From the NCBI GenBank assembly GCA_964016885.1, contig OZ024744.1, positions 3,844,001 to 3,908,000 on the forward strand: a stretch of 64,000 bases of DNA. The letters run 5' to 3'. The translations under genes and the position numbers were made by a program. Position 1 is the first letter of the stretch. The number at the start of each line of letters is the position of its first letter. The notes under the pieces were generated by a model. It searched no databases, was not told the DNA's origin, and saw only the letters and a list, made by a program, of their open reading frames with translations. Below are positions 40,401 to 54,035 of the stretch, piece after piece. The DNA is from Eledone cirrhosa (Eukaryota).

Positions 40401-41860
40401 AGACAAGGTAGAGAAAGATAGCTTGGTGAAGAACGAAGTTCTGAGGGAAGACAAGGTAGAGAAAGATAGCTTGGTGAAGAACGAAGTTTTGCGAGAAGAC
40501 AAGGTAGAGAAAGATATCTTGGTGAAGAACGAAGTTTTGACGGAAGACAAGGTAGAGAAAGATAGCTTGGTGAAGAATGACGTTTTGTGGGAAGACAAGC
40601 TAGAGAAAGATAGCTTGGTGAAGAACGAAGTTTTGTGTGAATACAAGGTAGAGAAAGATAGCTTGGTGAAGAACGAAGTTTTGGGGGAAGACAAGGCAGA
40701 GAAAGATAGATTGGTGAAGAACGAAGTTTTGAGGGATGACAAGGTAGAGAAAGATGACTTGGTGAAGAAAGAAGTTTTGGGGGAAGACAAGGTAGAGAAA
40801 GATAGCTTGGTGAAGAACGAAGTTTTGGGGGAAGACAAGGTAGAGAAAGATAGCTTGGTGAAGAACGAAGTTTTGAGGGAAGACAAGGTAGAGAAAGATA
40901 GCTTGGTGAATAACGAAGTTTTGGGAGAAGACAAGGTAGAGAAAGATAGCTTGGTGAAGAAAGATGTTTTGAGGGAAGACAAGGTAGAGAAAGATAGCTT
41001 GGTGAAGAACGACGTTTTGAGGGAAGACAAGGTAGAGAAAGATAGCTTGGTGAAGAACGACGTTTTGTGGGAAGACAAGGTAGAGAAAGATAGCTTGGTG
41101 AAGAACGAAGTTTTGGGGGAAGACAAGGTAGAGAAAGATAGCTTGCGAAGAACGAAGTTTTGGGGGAAGACAAGGTAGAGAAAGATAGGTTGGTGAAGAA
41201 CGAAGTTTTGGGGGAAGACAAGGTAGAGAAAGATAGCTTGGTGAAGAACGACGTTTTGAGGGAAGACAAGTTAGAGAAAGATAGCTTGGTGAAGAATGAC
41301 GTTTTGTGGGAAGACAAGGTAGAGAAAGATAGCTTGGTGAAGAACGAAGTTTTGTGTGAAGACAAGCTAGAGAAAGATAGCTTGGTGAAGAACGAAGTTT
41401 TGGGGGAAGACAAGGTAGAGAAAGATAGATTGGTGAAGAACAAAGTTTTGATGGATGACAAGGTAGAGAAAGATGACTTGGTGAAGAACGAAGTTTTGGG
41501 GGAAGACAAGGTAGAGAAAGATAGCTTGGTGAAGAACGAAGTTTTGAGGGAAGACAAGGTAGAGAAAGATAGCTTGGTGAATAACGAAGTTTTGGGAGAA
41601 GACAAGGTAGAGAAAGATAGCTTGGTGAAGAACGAAGTTTTGGGGGAAGACAAGGTAGAGAAAGATAGCTTGGTGAAGAACGAAGTTTTGAGGGAAGACA
41701 AGGTAGAGAAAGATAGCTTGGTGAAGAACGATGTTTTGAGGGAAGACAAGGTAGAGAAAGATAGCTTGGTGAAGAACGACGTTTTGAGGGAAGACAAGGT
41801 AGAGAAAGATAGCTTGGTGAAGAACGACGTTTTGTGGGAAGACAAGGTAGAGAAAGATAG
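29020..41860 (+). repeat. Tandem duplication of a 5750-bp unit (left copy expanded to 7091 bp), junction near 36,110
   Basis: Offset 7091 holds for ORFs 29308/36399, 30141/37232, 30602/37693 and 31465/38556. Offset 5750 holds for 32806/38556, 33284/39034, 34147/39897, 34625/40375 and 35410/41160. The private marker AAGAAAGATGTT is at ~35207/40957. Confidence 0.85.
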
Positions 41861-43924
41861 CTTGGTGAAGAACGAAGTTTTGGGGGAAGACAAGGTAGAG
41901 AAAGATAGCTTGGTGAAGAACGAAGTTTTGGGGGAAGACAAGGTAGAGAAAGAGAGCTTGGTGAAGAACGACGTTTTGATGAAAGACAAGGTAGAGAAAG
42001 ATAGCTTGGTGAAGAACGAAGTTTTGGGGAAGACAATGTAGAGAAAGATAGCTTGGTGAAGAACGAAGTTTTGGGGGAAGACAAGGTAGAGAAAGATAGC
42101 TTGGTGAAGAACGAAGTTCTGAGGGAAGACAAGGTAGAGAAAGATAGCTTGGTGAAGAACGAAGTTTTGGGAGAAGACAAGGTAGAGAAAGATATCTTGG
42201 TGAAGAACGAAGTTTTGACGGAAGACAAGGTAGAGAAAGATAGCTTGGTGAAGAATGACGTTTTGTGGGAAGACAAGGTAGAGAAAGATAGCTTGGTGAA
42301 GAACGAAGTTTTGTGTGAAGACAAGGTAGAGAAAGATAGCTTGGTGAAGAACGAAGTTTTGGGGGAAGACAAGGCAGAGAAAGATAGATTGGTGAAGAAC
42401 GAAGTTTTGAGGGATGACAAGGTAGAGAAAGATGACTTGGTGAAGAAAGAAGTTTTGGGGGAAGACAAGGTAGAGAAAGATAGCTTGGTGAAGAACGAAG
42501 TTTTGGGGGAAGACAAGGTAGAGAAAGATAGCTTGGTGAAGAACGAAGTTTTGGGGGAAAACAAGGTAGAGAAAGATAGCTTGGTGAAGAACGAAGTTTT
42601 GAGGGAAGACAAGGTAGAGAAAGATAGCTTGGTGAAGAACGAAGTTCTGAGGGAAGACAAGGTAGAGAAAGATAGCTTGGTGAAGAACGAAGTTTTGGGA
42701 GAAAACAAGGTAGAGAAAGATATCTTGGTGAAGAAAGAATTTCGACGGAAGACAAGGTAGAGAAAGATAGCTTGGTGAAGAATGACGTTTTGTGGGAAGA
42801 CAAGGTAGAGAAAGATAGCTTGGTGAAGAACGAAGTTTTGTGTGAAGACAAGCTAGAGAAAGATAGCTTGGTGAAGAACGAAGTTTTGGGGGAAGACAAG
42901 GTAGAGAAAGATAGCTTGGTGAAGAACGAAGTTTTGGGGGAAGACAAGGTAGAGAAAGATAGCTTGGTGAAGAACGAAGTTTTGAGGGAAGACAAGGTAG
43001 AGAAAGATAGCTTGGTGAATAACGAAGTTTTGGGAGAAGACAAGGTAGAGAAAGATAGCTTGGTGAAGAACGATGTTTTGAGGGAAGACAAGGTAGAGAA
43101 ATATAGCTTGGTGAAGAACGACGTTTTGAGGGAAGACAAGGTAGAGAAAGATAGCTTGGTGAAGAACGAAGTTTTGGGAGAAGACAAGGTAGAGAAAGAT
43201 ATCTTGGTGAAGAACGAAGTTTTGACGGAAGACAAGGTAGAGAAAGATAGCTTGGTGAAGAATGACGTTTTGTGGGAAGACAAGGTAGAGAAAGATAGCT
43301 TGGTGAAGAACGAAGTTTTGTGTGAAGACAAGGTAGAGAAAGATAGCTTGGTGAAGAACGAAGTTTTGGGGGAAGACAAGGCAGAGAAAGATAGATTGGT
43401 GAAGAACGAAGTTTTGCGGGATGACAAGGTAGAGAAAGATGACTTGGTGAAGAAAGAAGTTTTGGGGGAAGACAAGGTAGAGAAAGATAGCTTGGTGAAG
43501 AACGAAGTTTTGGGGGAAGACAAGGTAGAGAAAGATAGCTTGGTGAAGAACGAAGTTTTGGGGGAAGACAAGGTAGAGACAGATAGCTTGGTGAAGAACG
43601 AAGTTTTGAGGGACGACAAGGTAGAGAAAGATAGCTTGGTGAATAACGAAGTTTTGGGAGAAAAGAAGGTAGAGAAAGATATCTTGGTGAAGAACGAATT
43701 TCGACGGAAGACAAGGTAGAGAAAGATAGCTTGGTGAAGAATGACGTTTTGTGGGAAGACAAGGTAGAGAAAGATAGCTTGGTGAAGAACGAAGTTTTGT
43801 GTGAAGACAAGCTAGAGAAAGATAGCTTGGTGAAGAACGAAGTTTTGGGGGAAGACAAGGTAGAGAAAGATAGCTTGGTGAAGAACGAAGTTTTGGGGGA
43901 AGACAAGGTAGAGAAAGATAGCTT

Positions 43925-46900
43925 GGTGAAGAACGAAGTTTTGAGGGAAGACAAGGTAGAGAAAGATAGCTTGGTGAATAACGAAGTTTTGGGAGAAGAC
44001 AAGGTAGAGAAAGATAGCTTGGTGAAGAACGATGTTTTGAGGGAAGACAAGGTAGAGAAAGATAGCTTGGTGAAGAACGACGTTTTGAGGGAAGACAAGG
44101 TAGAGAAAGATAGCTTGGTGAAGAACGACGTTTTGTGGGAAGACAAGGTAGAGAAAGATAGCTTGCTGAAGAACGAAATTTTGGGGGAAGACAAGGTAGA
44201 GAAAGATAGCTTGGTGAAGAACGAAGTTTTGGGGGAAGACAAGGTAGAGAAAGATAGCTTGGTGAAGAACGAAGTTTTGGGGGAAGACAAGGTAGAGAAA
44301 GATAGCTTGGTGAAGAACGACGTTTTGAGGGAAGACAAGTTAGAGAAAGATAGCTTGGTGAAGAATGACGTTTTGTGGGAAGACAAGGTAGAGAAAGATA
44401 GCTTGGTGAAGAACGAAGTTTTGAGGGAAGACGAGGTAGAGAAAGATAGCTTGGTGAAGAACGAAGTTTTGTGTGAAGACAAGGTAGAGAAAGATAGCTT
44501 GGTGAAGAACGGAGTTTTGGGGGAAGACAAGGCAGAGAAAGATAGATTGGTGAAGAACGATGTTTTGAGGGATGACAAGGTAGAGAAAGATGACTTGGTG
44601 AAGAAAGAAGTTTTGGGGGAAGACAAGGTAGAGAAAGATAGCTTGGTGAAGAACGAAGTTTTGGGGGAAGACAAGGTAGAGAAAGATAGCTTGGTGAAGA
44701 ACGAAGTTTTGGGGGAAGACAAGGTAGAGACAGATAGCTTGGTGAAGAACGAAGTTTTGAGGGACGACAAGGTAGAGAAAGATAGCTTGGTGAATAACGA
44801 AGTTTTGGGAGAAAAGAAGGTAGAGAAAGATATCTTGGTGAAGAACGAATTTCGACGGAAGACAAGGTAGAGAAAGATAGCTTGGTGAGGATGACGTTTT
44901 GTGGGAAGACAAGGTAGAGAAAGATAGCTTGGTGAAGAACGAAGTTTTGTGTGAAGACAAGCTAGAGAAAGATAGCTTGGTGAAGAACGAAGTTTTGGGG
45001 GAAGACAAGGTAGAGAAAGATAGCTTGGTGAAGAACGAAGTTTTGGGGGAAGACAAGGTAGAGAAAGATAGCTTGGTGAAGAACGAAGTTTTGAGGGAAG
45101 ACAAGGTAGAGAAAGATAGCTTGGTGAATAACGAAGTTTTGGAAGAAGACAAGGTAGAGAAAGATAGCTTGGTGAAGAACGATGTTTTGAGGGAAGACAA
45201 GGTAGAGAAAGATAGCTTGGTGAAGAACGACGTTTTGAGGGAAGACAAGGTAGAGAAAGATAGCTTGGTGAAGAACGACGTTTTGTGGGAAGACAAGGTA
45301 GAGAAAGATAGCTTGCTGAAGAACGAAATTTTGGGGGAAGACAAGGTAGAGAAAGATAGCTTGGTGAAGAACGAAGTTTTGGGGGAAGACAAGGTAGAGA
45401 AAGATAGCTTGGTGAAGAACGAAGTTTTGGGGGAAGACAAGGTAGAGAAAGATAGCTTGGTGAAGAACGACGTTTTGAGGGAAGACAAGTTAGAGAAAGA
45501 TAGCTTGGTGAAGAATGACGTTTTGTGGGAAGACAAGGTAGAGAAAGATAGCTTGGTGAAGAACGAAGTTTTGAGGGAAGACGAGGTAGAGAAAGATAGC
45601 TTGGTGAAGAACGAAGTTTTGGGGGAAGACAAGGTAGAGAAAGATAGCTTGGTGAAGAACGACGTTTTGAGGGAAGACAAGGTAGAGAAAGATAGCTTGG
45701 TGAAGAACGAAGTTTTGGGGGAAGACAAGGTAGAGAAATATAGCTTGGTGAAGAACGAAGTTTCGGGGGAAGACAAGGTAGAGAAAGATAGCTTGGTGAA
45801 GAACGAAGTTTTAGGGGAAGACAAGGTAGAGAAAGATAGCTTGGTGAAGAACGAAGTTTTGAGGGAAGACAAGGTAGAGAAAGATGACTTGGTGAAGAAC
45901 GAAGTTTTGGGGGAAGACAAGGTAGAGAAAGATAGCTTGGTGAAGAACGACGTTTTGTGGGAAGACAAGGTAGAGAAAGATAGCTTGGTGAAGAACGAAG
46001 TTTTGGGGGAAGACAAGGTAGAGAAAGATAGCTTGGTGAAGAACGAAGTTTTGGGGGAAGACAAGGTAGAGGAAGAGAGCTTGGTGAAGAACGACGTTTT
46101 GATGAAAGACAAGGTAGAGAAAGATAGCTTGGTGAAGAACGAAGTTTTGGGGAAGACAATGTAGAGAAAGATAGCTTGGTGAAGAACGAAGTTTTGGGGG
46201 AAGACAAGGTAGAGAAAGATAGCTTGGTGAAGAACGAAGTTCTGAGGGAAGACAAGGTAGAGAAAGATAGCTTGGTGAAGAACGAAGTTTTGGGAGAAGA
46301 CAAGGTAGAGAAAGATATCTTGGTGAAGAACGAAGTTTTGACGGAAGACAAGGTAGAGAAAGATAGCTTGGTGAAGAATGACGTTTTGTGGGAAGACAAG
46401 GTAGAGAAAGATAGCTTGGTGAAGAACGAAGTTTTGTGTGAAGACAAGGTAGAGAAAGATAGCTTGGTGAAGAACGAAGTTTTGGGGGAAGACAAGGCAG
46501 AGAAAGATGACTTGGTGAAGAAAGAAGTTTTGGGGGAAGACAAGGTAGAGAAAGATAGCTTGGTGAAGAACGAAGTTTTGAGGGAAGACAAGGTAGAGAA
46601 AGATAGCTTGGTGAAGAACGAAGTTTTGGGGGAAGACAAGGTAGAGAAAGATAGCTTGGTGAAGAACGAAGTTTTGGGGGAAAACAAGGTAGAGAAAGAT
46701 AGCTTGGTGAAGAACGAAGTTTTGAGGGAAGACAAGGTAGAGAAAGATAGCTTGGTGAATAACGAAGTTTTGGGAGAAGACAAGGTAGAGAAAGATAGCT
46801 TGGTGAAGAACGATGTTTTGAGGGAAGACAAGGTAGAGAAAGATAGCTTGGTGAAGAACGACGTTTTGAGGGAAGACAAGGTAGAGAAAGATAGCTTGGT

Positions 46901-49900
46901 GAAGAACGAAGTTCTGAGGGAAGACACTGTAGAGAAAGATAGCTTGGTGAAGAACGAAGTTTTGGGAGAAAACAAGGTAGAGAAAGATATCTTGGTGAAG
47001 AACGAATTTCGACGGAAGACAAGGTAGAGAAAGATAGCTTGGTGAAGAACGAAGTTTTGGGGGAAGACAAGGTAGAGAAAGATAGCTTGGTGAAGAACGA
47101 AGTTTTGAGGGAAGACAAGGTAGAGAAAGATAGCTTGGTGAATAACGAAGTTTTGGGAGAAGACAAGGTAGAGAAAGATAGTTTGGTGAAGAACGATGTT
47201 TTGAGGGAAGACAAGGTAGAGAAAGATAGCTTGGTGAAGAACGACGTTTTGAGGGAAGACAAGGTAGAGAAAGATAGCTTGGTGAAGAACGAAGTTTTGG
47301 GAGAAGACAAGGTCGAGAAAGATATCTTGGTGAAGAACGAAGTTTTGACGGAAGACAAGGTAGAGAAAGATAGCTTGGTGAAGAATGACGTTTTGTGGGA
47401 AGACAAGGTAGAGAAAGATAGCTTGGTGAAGAACGAAGTTTTGTGTGAAGACAAGGTAGAGAAAGATAGCTTGGTGAAGAACGAAGTTTTGGGGGAAGAC
47501 AAGGCAGAGAAAGATAGATTGGTGAAGAACGAAGTTTTGAGGGATGACAAGGTAGAGAAAGATGACTTGGTGAAGAAAGAAGTTTTGGGGGAAGACAAGG
47601 TAGAGAAAGATAGCTTGGTGAAGAACGAAGTTTTGGGGGAAGACAAGGTAGAGAAAGATAGCTTGGTGAAGAACGAAGTTTTGGGGGAAGACAAGGTAGA
47701 GAAAGATAGCTTGGTGAAGAACGAAGTTTTGAGGGAAGACAAGGTAGAGAAAGATAGCTTGGTGAATAACGAAGTTTTGGGAGAAGACAAGGTAGAGAAA
47801 GATAGCTTGGTGAAGAACCATGTTTTGAGGGAAGACAAGGTAGAGAAAGATAGCTTGGTGAAGAACGAAGTTCTGAGGGAAGACAAGGTAGAGAAAGATA
47901 GCTTGGTGAAGAACGAAGTTTTGGGAGAAAAGAAGGTAGAGAAAGATATCTTGGTGAAGAACGAATTTCGACGGAAGACAAGGTAGAGAAAGATAGCTTG
48001 GTGAAGAATGACGTTTTGTGGGAAGACAAGGTAGAGAAAGATAGCTTGGTGAAGAACGAAGTTTTGTGTGAAGACAAGCTAGAGAAAGATAGCTTGGTGA
48101 AGAACGAAGTTTTGGGGGAAGACAAGGTAGAGAAAGATAGCTTGGTGAAGAACGAAGTTTTGGGGGAAGACAAGGTAGAGAAAGATAGCTTGGTGAAGAA
48201 CAAAGTTTTGAGGGAAGACAAGGTAGAGAAAGATAGCTTGGTGAATAACGAAGTTTTGGGAGAAGACAAGGTAGAGAAAGATAGCTTGGTGAAGAACGAT
48301 GTTTTGAGGGAAGACAAGGTAGAGAAAGATAGCTTGGTGAAGAACGACGTTTTGAGGGAAGACAAGGTAGAGAAAGATAGCTTGGTGAAGAACGACGTTT
48401 TGTGGGAAGACAAGGTAGAGAAAGATAGCTTGCTGAAGAACGAAATTTTGGGGGAAGACAAGGTAGAGAAAGATAGCTTGGTGAAGAACGAAGTTTTGGG
48501 GGAAGACAAGGTAGAGAAAGATAGCTTGGTGAAGAACGAAGTTTTGGGGGAAGACAAGGTAGAGAAAGATAGCTTGGTGAAGAACGACGTTTTGAGGGAA
48601 GACAAGTTAGAGAAAGATAGCTTGGTGAAGAATGACGTTTTGTGGGAAGACAAGGTAGAGAAAGATAGCTTGGTGAAGAACGAAGTTTTGAGGGAAGACG
48701 AGGTAGAGAAAGATAGCTTGGTGAAGAACGAAGTTTTGGGGGAAGACAAGGTAGAGAAAGATAGCTTGGTGAAGAACGACGTTTTGAGGGAAGACAAGGT
48801 AGAGAAAGATAGATTGGTGAAGAACGAAGTTTTGGGGGAAGACAAGGTAGAGAAAGATAGCTTGGTGAAGAACGAAGTTTTGGGGGAAGACAAGGTAGAG
48901 AAAGATAGCTTGGTGAAGAACGAAGTTTTAGGGGAAGACAAGGTAGAGAAAGATATCTTGGTGAAGAACGAAGTTTTGAGGGAAGACAAGGTAGAGAAAG
49001 ATAGCTTGGTGAATAACGAAGTTTTGGGAGAAGACAAGGTAGAGAAAGATAGCTTGGTGAAGAACGATGTTTTGAGGGAAGACAAGGTAGAGAAAGATAG
49101 CTTGGTGAAGAACGACGTTTTGAGGGAAGACAAGGTAGAGAAAGATAGCTTGGTGAAGAACGACGTTTTGTGGGAAGACAAGGTAGAGAAAGATAGCTTG
49201 CTGAAGAACGAAATTTTGGGGGAAGACAAGGTAGAGAAAGATAGCTTGGTGAAGAACGAAGTTTTGGGGGAAGACAAGGTAGAGAAAGATAGCTTGGTGA
49301 AGAACGAAGTTTTGGGGGAAGACAAGGTAGAGAAAGATAGCTTGGTGAAGAACGACGTTTTGAGGGAAGACAAGTTAGAGAAAGATAGCTTGGTGAAGAA
49401 TGACGTTTTGTGGGAAGACAAGGTAGAGAAAGATAGCTTGGTGAAGAACGAAGTTTTGAGGGAAGACGAGGTAGAGAAAGATAGCTTGGTGAAGAACGAA
49501 GTTTTGTGTGAAGACAAGGTAGAGAAAGATAGCTTGGTGAAGAACGAAGTTTTGGGGGAAGACAAGGCAGAGAAAGATAGATTGGTGAAGAACGATGTTT
49601 TGAGGGATGACAAGGTAGAGAAAGATGACTTGGTGAAGAAAGAAGTTTTGGGGGAAGACAAGGTAGAGAAAGATAGCTTGGTGAAGAACGAAGTTTTGGG
49701 GGAAGACAAGGTAGAGAAAGATAGCTTGGTGAAGAACGAAGTTTTGGGGGAAGACAAGGTAGAGACAGATAGCTTGGTGAAGAACGAAGTTTTGAGGGAC
49801 GACAAGGTAGAGAAAGATAGCTTGGTGAATAACGAAGTTTTGGGAGAAAAGAAGGTAGAGAAAGATATCTTGGTGAAGAACGAATTTCGACGGAAGACAA

Positions 49901-52900
49901 GGTAGAGAAAGATAGCTTGGTGAGGATGACGTTTTGTGGGAAGACAAGGTAGAGAAAGATAGCTTGGTGAAGAACGAAGTTTTGTGTGAAGACAAGCTAG
50001 AGAAAGATAGCTTGGTGAAGAACGAAGTTTTGGGGGAAGACAAGGTAGAGAAAGATAGCTTGGTGAAGAACGAAGTTTTGGGGGAAGACAAGGTAGAGAA
50101 AGATAGCTTGGTGAAGAACGAAGTTTTGAGGGAAGACAAGGTAGAGAAAGATAGCTTGGTGAATAACGAAGTTTTGGGAGAAGACAAGGTAGAGAAAGAT
50201 AGCTTGGTGAAGAACGATGTTTTGAGGGAAGACAAGGTAGAGAAAGATAGCTTGGTGAAGAACGACGTTTTGAGGGAAGACAAGGTAGAGAAAGATAGCT
50301 TGGTGAAGAACGACGTTTTGTGGGAAGACAAGGTAGAGAAAGATAGCTTGCTGAAGAACGAAATTTTGGGGGAAGACAAGGTAGAGAAAGATAGCTTGGT
50401 GAAGAACGAAGTTTTGGGGGAAGACAAGGTAGAGAAAGATAGCTTGGTGAAGAACGAAGTTTTGGGGGAAGACAAGGTAGAGAAAGATAGCTTGGTGAAG
50501 AACGACGTTTTGAGGGAAGACAAGTTAGAGAAAGATAGCTTGGTGAAGAATGACGTTTTGTGGGAAGACAAGGTAGAGAAAGATAGCTTGGTGAAGAACG
50601 AAGTTTTGAGGGAAGACGAGGTAGAGAAAGATAGCTTGGTGAAGAACGAAGTTTTGGGGGAAGACAAGGTAGAGAAAGATAGCTTGGTGAAGAACGACGT
50701 TTTGAGGGAAGACAAGGTAGAGAAAGATAGCTTGGTGAAGAACGAAGTTTTGGGGGAAGACAAGGTAGAGAAATATAGCTTGGTGAAGAACGAAGTTTCG
50801 GGGGAAGACAAGGTAGAGAAAGATAGCTTGGTGAAGAACGAAGTTTTAGGGGAAGACAAGGTAGAGAAAGATAGCTTGGTGAAGAACGAAGTTTTGAGGG
50901 AAGACAAGGTAGAGAAAGATGACTTGGTGAAGAACGAAGTTTTGGGGGAAGACAAGGTAGAGAAAGATAGCTTGGTGAAGAACGACGTTTTGTGGGAAGA
51001 CAAGGTAGAGAAAGATAGCTTGGTGAAGAACGAAGTTTTGGGGGAAGACAAGGTAGAGAAAGATAGCTTGGTGAAGAACGAAGTTTTGGGGGAAGACAAG
51101 GTAGAGGAAGAGAGCTTGGTGAAGAACGACGTTTTGATGAAAGACAAGGTAGAGAAAGATAGCTTGGTGAAGAACGAAGTTTTGGGGAAGACAATGTAGA
51201 GAAAGATAGCTTGGTGAAGAACGAAGTTTTGGGGGAAGACAAGGTAGAGAAAGATAGCTTGGTGAAGAACGAAGTTCTGAGGGAAGACAAGGTAGAGAAA
51301 GATAGCTTGGTGAAGAACGAAGTTTTGGGAGAAGACAAGGTAGAGAAAGATATCTTGGTGAAGAACGAAGTTTTGACGGAAGACAAGGTAGAGAAAGATA
51401 GCTTGGTGAAGAATGACGTTTTGTGGGAAGACAAGGTAGAGAAAGATAGCTTGGTGAAGAACGAAGTTTTGTGTGAAGACAAGGTAGAGAAAGATAGCTT
51501 GGTGAAGAACGAAGTTTTGGGGGAAGACAAGGCAGAGAAAGATGACTTGGTGAAGAAAGAAGTTTTGGGGGAAGACAAGGTAGAGAAAGATAGCTTGGTG
51601 AAGAACGAAGTTTTGAGGGAAGACAAGGTAGAGAAAGATAGCTTGGTGAAGAACGAAGTTTTGGGGGAAGACAAGGTAGAGAAAGATAGCTTGGTGAAGA
51701 ACGAAGTTTTGGGGGAAAACAAGGTAGAGAAAGATAGCTTGGTGAAGAACGAAGTTTTGAGGGAAGACAAGGTAGAGAAAGATAGCTTGGTGAATAACGA
51801 AGTTTTGGGAGAAGACAAGGTAGAGAAAGATAGCTTGGTGAAGAACGATGTTTTGAGGGAAGACAAGGTAGAGAAAGATAGCTTGGTGAAGAACGACGTT
51901 TTGAGGGAAGACAAGGTAGAGAAAGATAGCTTGGTGAAGAACGAAGTTCTGAGGGAAGACACTGTAGAGAAAGATAGCTTGGTGAAGAACGAAGTTTTGG
52001 GAGAAAACAAGGTAGAGAAAGATATCTTGGTGAAGAACGAATTTCGACGGAAGACAAGGTAGAGAAAGATAGCTTGGTGAAGAACGAAGTTTTGGGGGAA
52101 GACAAGGTAGAGAAAGATAGCTTGGTGAAGAACGAAGTTTTGAGGGAAGACAAGGTAGAGAAAGATAGCTTGGTGAATAACGAAGTTTTGGGAGAAGACA
52201 AGGTAGAGAAAGATAGTTTGGTGAAGAACGATGTTTTGAGGGAAGACAAGGTAGAGAAAGATAGCTTGGTGAAGAACGACGTTTTGAGGGAAGACAAGGT
52301 AGAGAAAGATAGCTTGGTGAAGAACGAAGTTTTGGGAGAAGACAAGGTCGAGAAAGATATCTTGGTGAAGAACGAAGTTTTGACGGAAGACAAGGTAGAG
52401 AAAGATAGCTTGGTGAAGAATGACGTTTTGTGGGAAGACAAGGTAGAGAAAGATAGCTTGGTGAAGAACGAAGTTTTGTGTGAAGACAAGGTAGAGAAAG
52501 ATAGCTTGGTGAAGAACGAAGTTTTGGGGGAAGACAAGGCAGAGAAAGATAGATTGGTGAAGAACGAAGTTTTGAGGGATGACAAGGTAGAGAAAGATGA
52601 CTTGGTGAAGAAAGAAGTTTTGGGGGAAGACAAGGTAGAGAAAGATTGCTTGGTGAAGAACGAAGTTTTGGGGGAAGACAAGGTAGAGAAAGATAGCTTG
52701 GTGAAGAACGAAGTTTTGGGGGAAGACAAGGTAGAGAAAGATAGCTTGGTGAAGAACGAAGTTTTGAGGGAAGACAAGGTAGAGAAAGATAGCTTGGTGA
52801 ATAACGAAGTTTTGGGAGAAGACAAGGTAGAGAAAGATAGCTTGGTGAAGAACCATGTTTTGAGGGAAGACAAGGTAGAGAAAGATAGCTTGGTGAAGAA

Positions 52901-54035
52901 CGAAGTTCTGAGGGAAGACAAGGTAGAGAAAGATAGCTTGGTGAAGAACGAAGTTTTGGGAGAAAAGAAGGTAGAGAAAGATATCTTGGTGAAGAACGAA
53001 TTTCGACGGAAGACAAGGTAGAGAAAGATAGCTTGGTGAAGAATGACGTTTTGTGGGAAGACAAGGTAGAGAAAGATAGCTTGGTGAAGAACGAAGTTTT
53101 GTGTGAAGACAAGCTAGAGAAAGATAGCTTGGTGAAGAACGAAGTTTTGGGGGAAGACAAGGTAGAGAAAGATAGCTTGGTGAAGAACGAAGTTTTGTGG
53201 GAAGACAAGGTAGAGAAAGATAGCTTGGTGAAGAACGAAGTTTTGAGGGAAGACAAGGTAGAGAAAGATAGCTTGGTGAATAACGAAGTTTTGGGAGAAG
53301 ACAAGGTAGAGAAAGATAGCTTGGTGAAGAACGATGTTTTGAGGGAAGACAAGGTAGAGAAAGATAGCTTGGTGAAGAACGACGTTTTGAGGGAAGACAA
53401 GGTAGAGAAAGATAGCTTGGTGAAGAACGACGTTTTGTGGGAAGACAAGGTAGAGAAAGATAGCTTGCTGAAGAACGAAATTTTGGGGTAAGACAAGGTA
53501 GAGAAAGATAGCTTGGTGAAGAACGAAGTTTTGGGGGAAGACAAGGTAGAGAAAGATAGCTTGGTGAAGAACGAAGTTTTGGGGGAAGACAAGGTAGAGA
53601 AAGATAGCTTGGTGAAGAACGACGTTTTGAGGGAAGACAAGTTAGAGAAAGATAGCTTGGTGAAGAATGACGTTTTGTGGGAAGACAAGGTAGAGAAAGA
53701 TAGCTTGGTGAAGAACGAAGTTTTGAGGGAAGACGAGGTAGAGAAAGATAGCTTGGTGAAGAACGAAGTTTTGGGGGAAGACAAGGTAGAGAAAGATAGC
53801 TTGGTGAAGAACGACGTTTTGAGGGAAGACAAGGTAGAGAAAGATAGATTGGTGAAGAACGAAGTTTTGGGGGAAGACAAGGTAGAGAAAGATAGCTTGG
53901 TGAAGAACGAAGTTTTGGGGGAAGACAAGGTAGAGAAAGATAGCTTGGTGAAGAACGAAGTTTTAGGGGAAGACAAGGTAGAGAAAGATATCTTGGTGAA
54001 GAACGAAGTTTTGAGGGAAGACAAGGTAGAGAAAG
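43925..54035 (+). repeat. Tandem duplication, period 5035 bp (105 monomers - 5 bp)
   Basis: ORFs 44899/49934, 46176/51211, 47039/52074 and 47998/53033 are all offset by 5035. Markers: GTGAGGATGAC (44885/49920), GTTTCGGGG (45760/50795), GACACTGTA (46923/51958), GTCGAG (47312/52347) and AACCAT (47816/52851). Confidence 0.92.
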
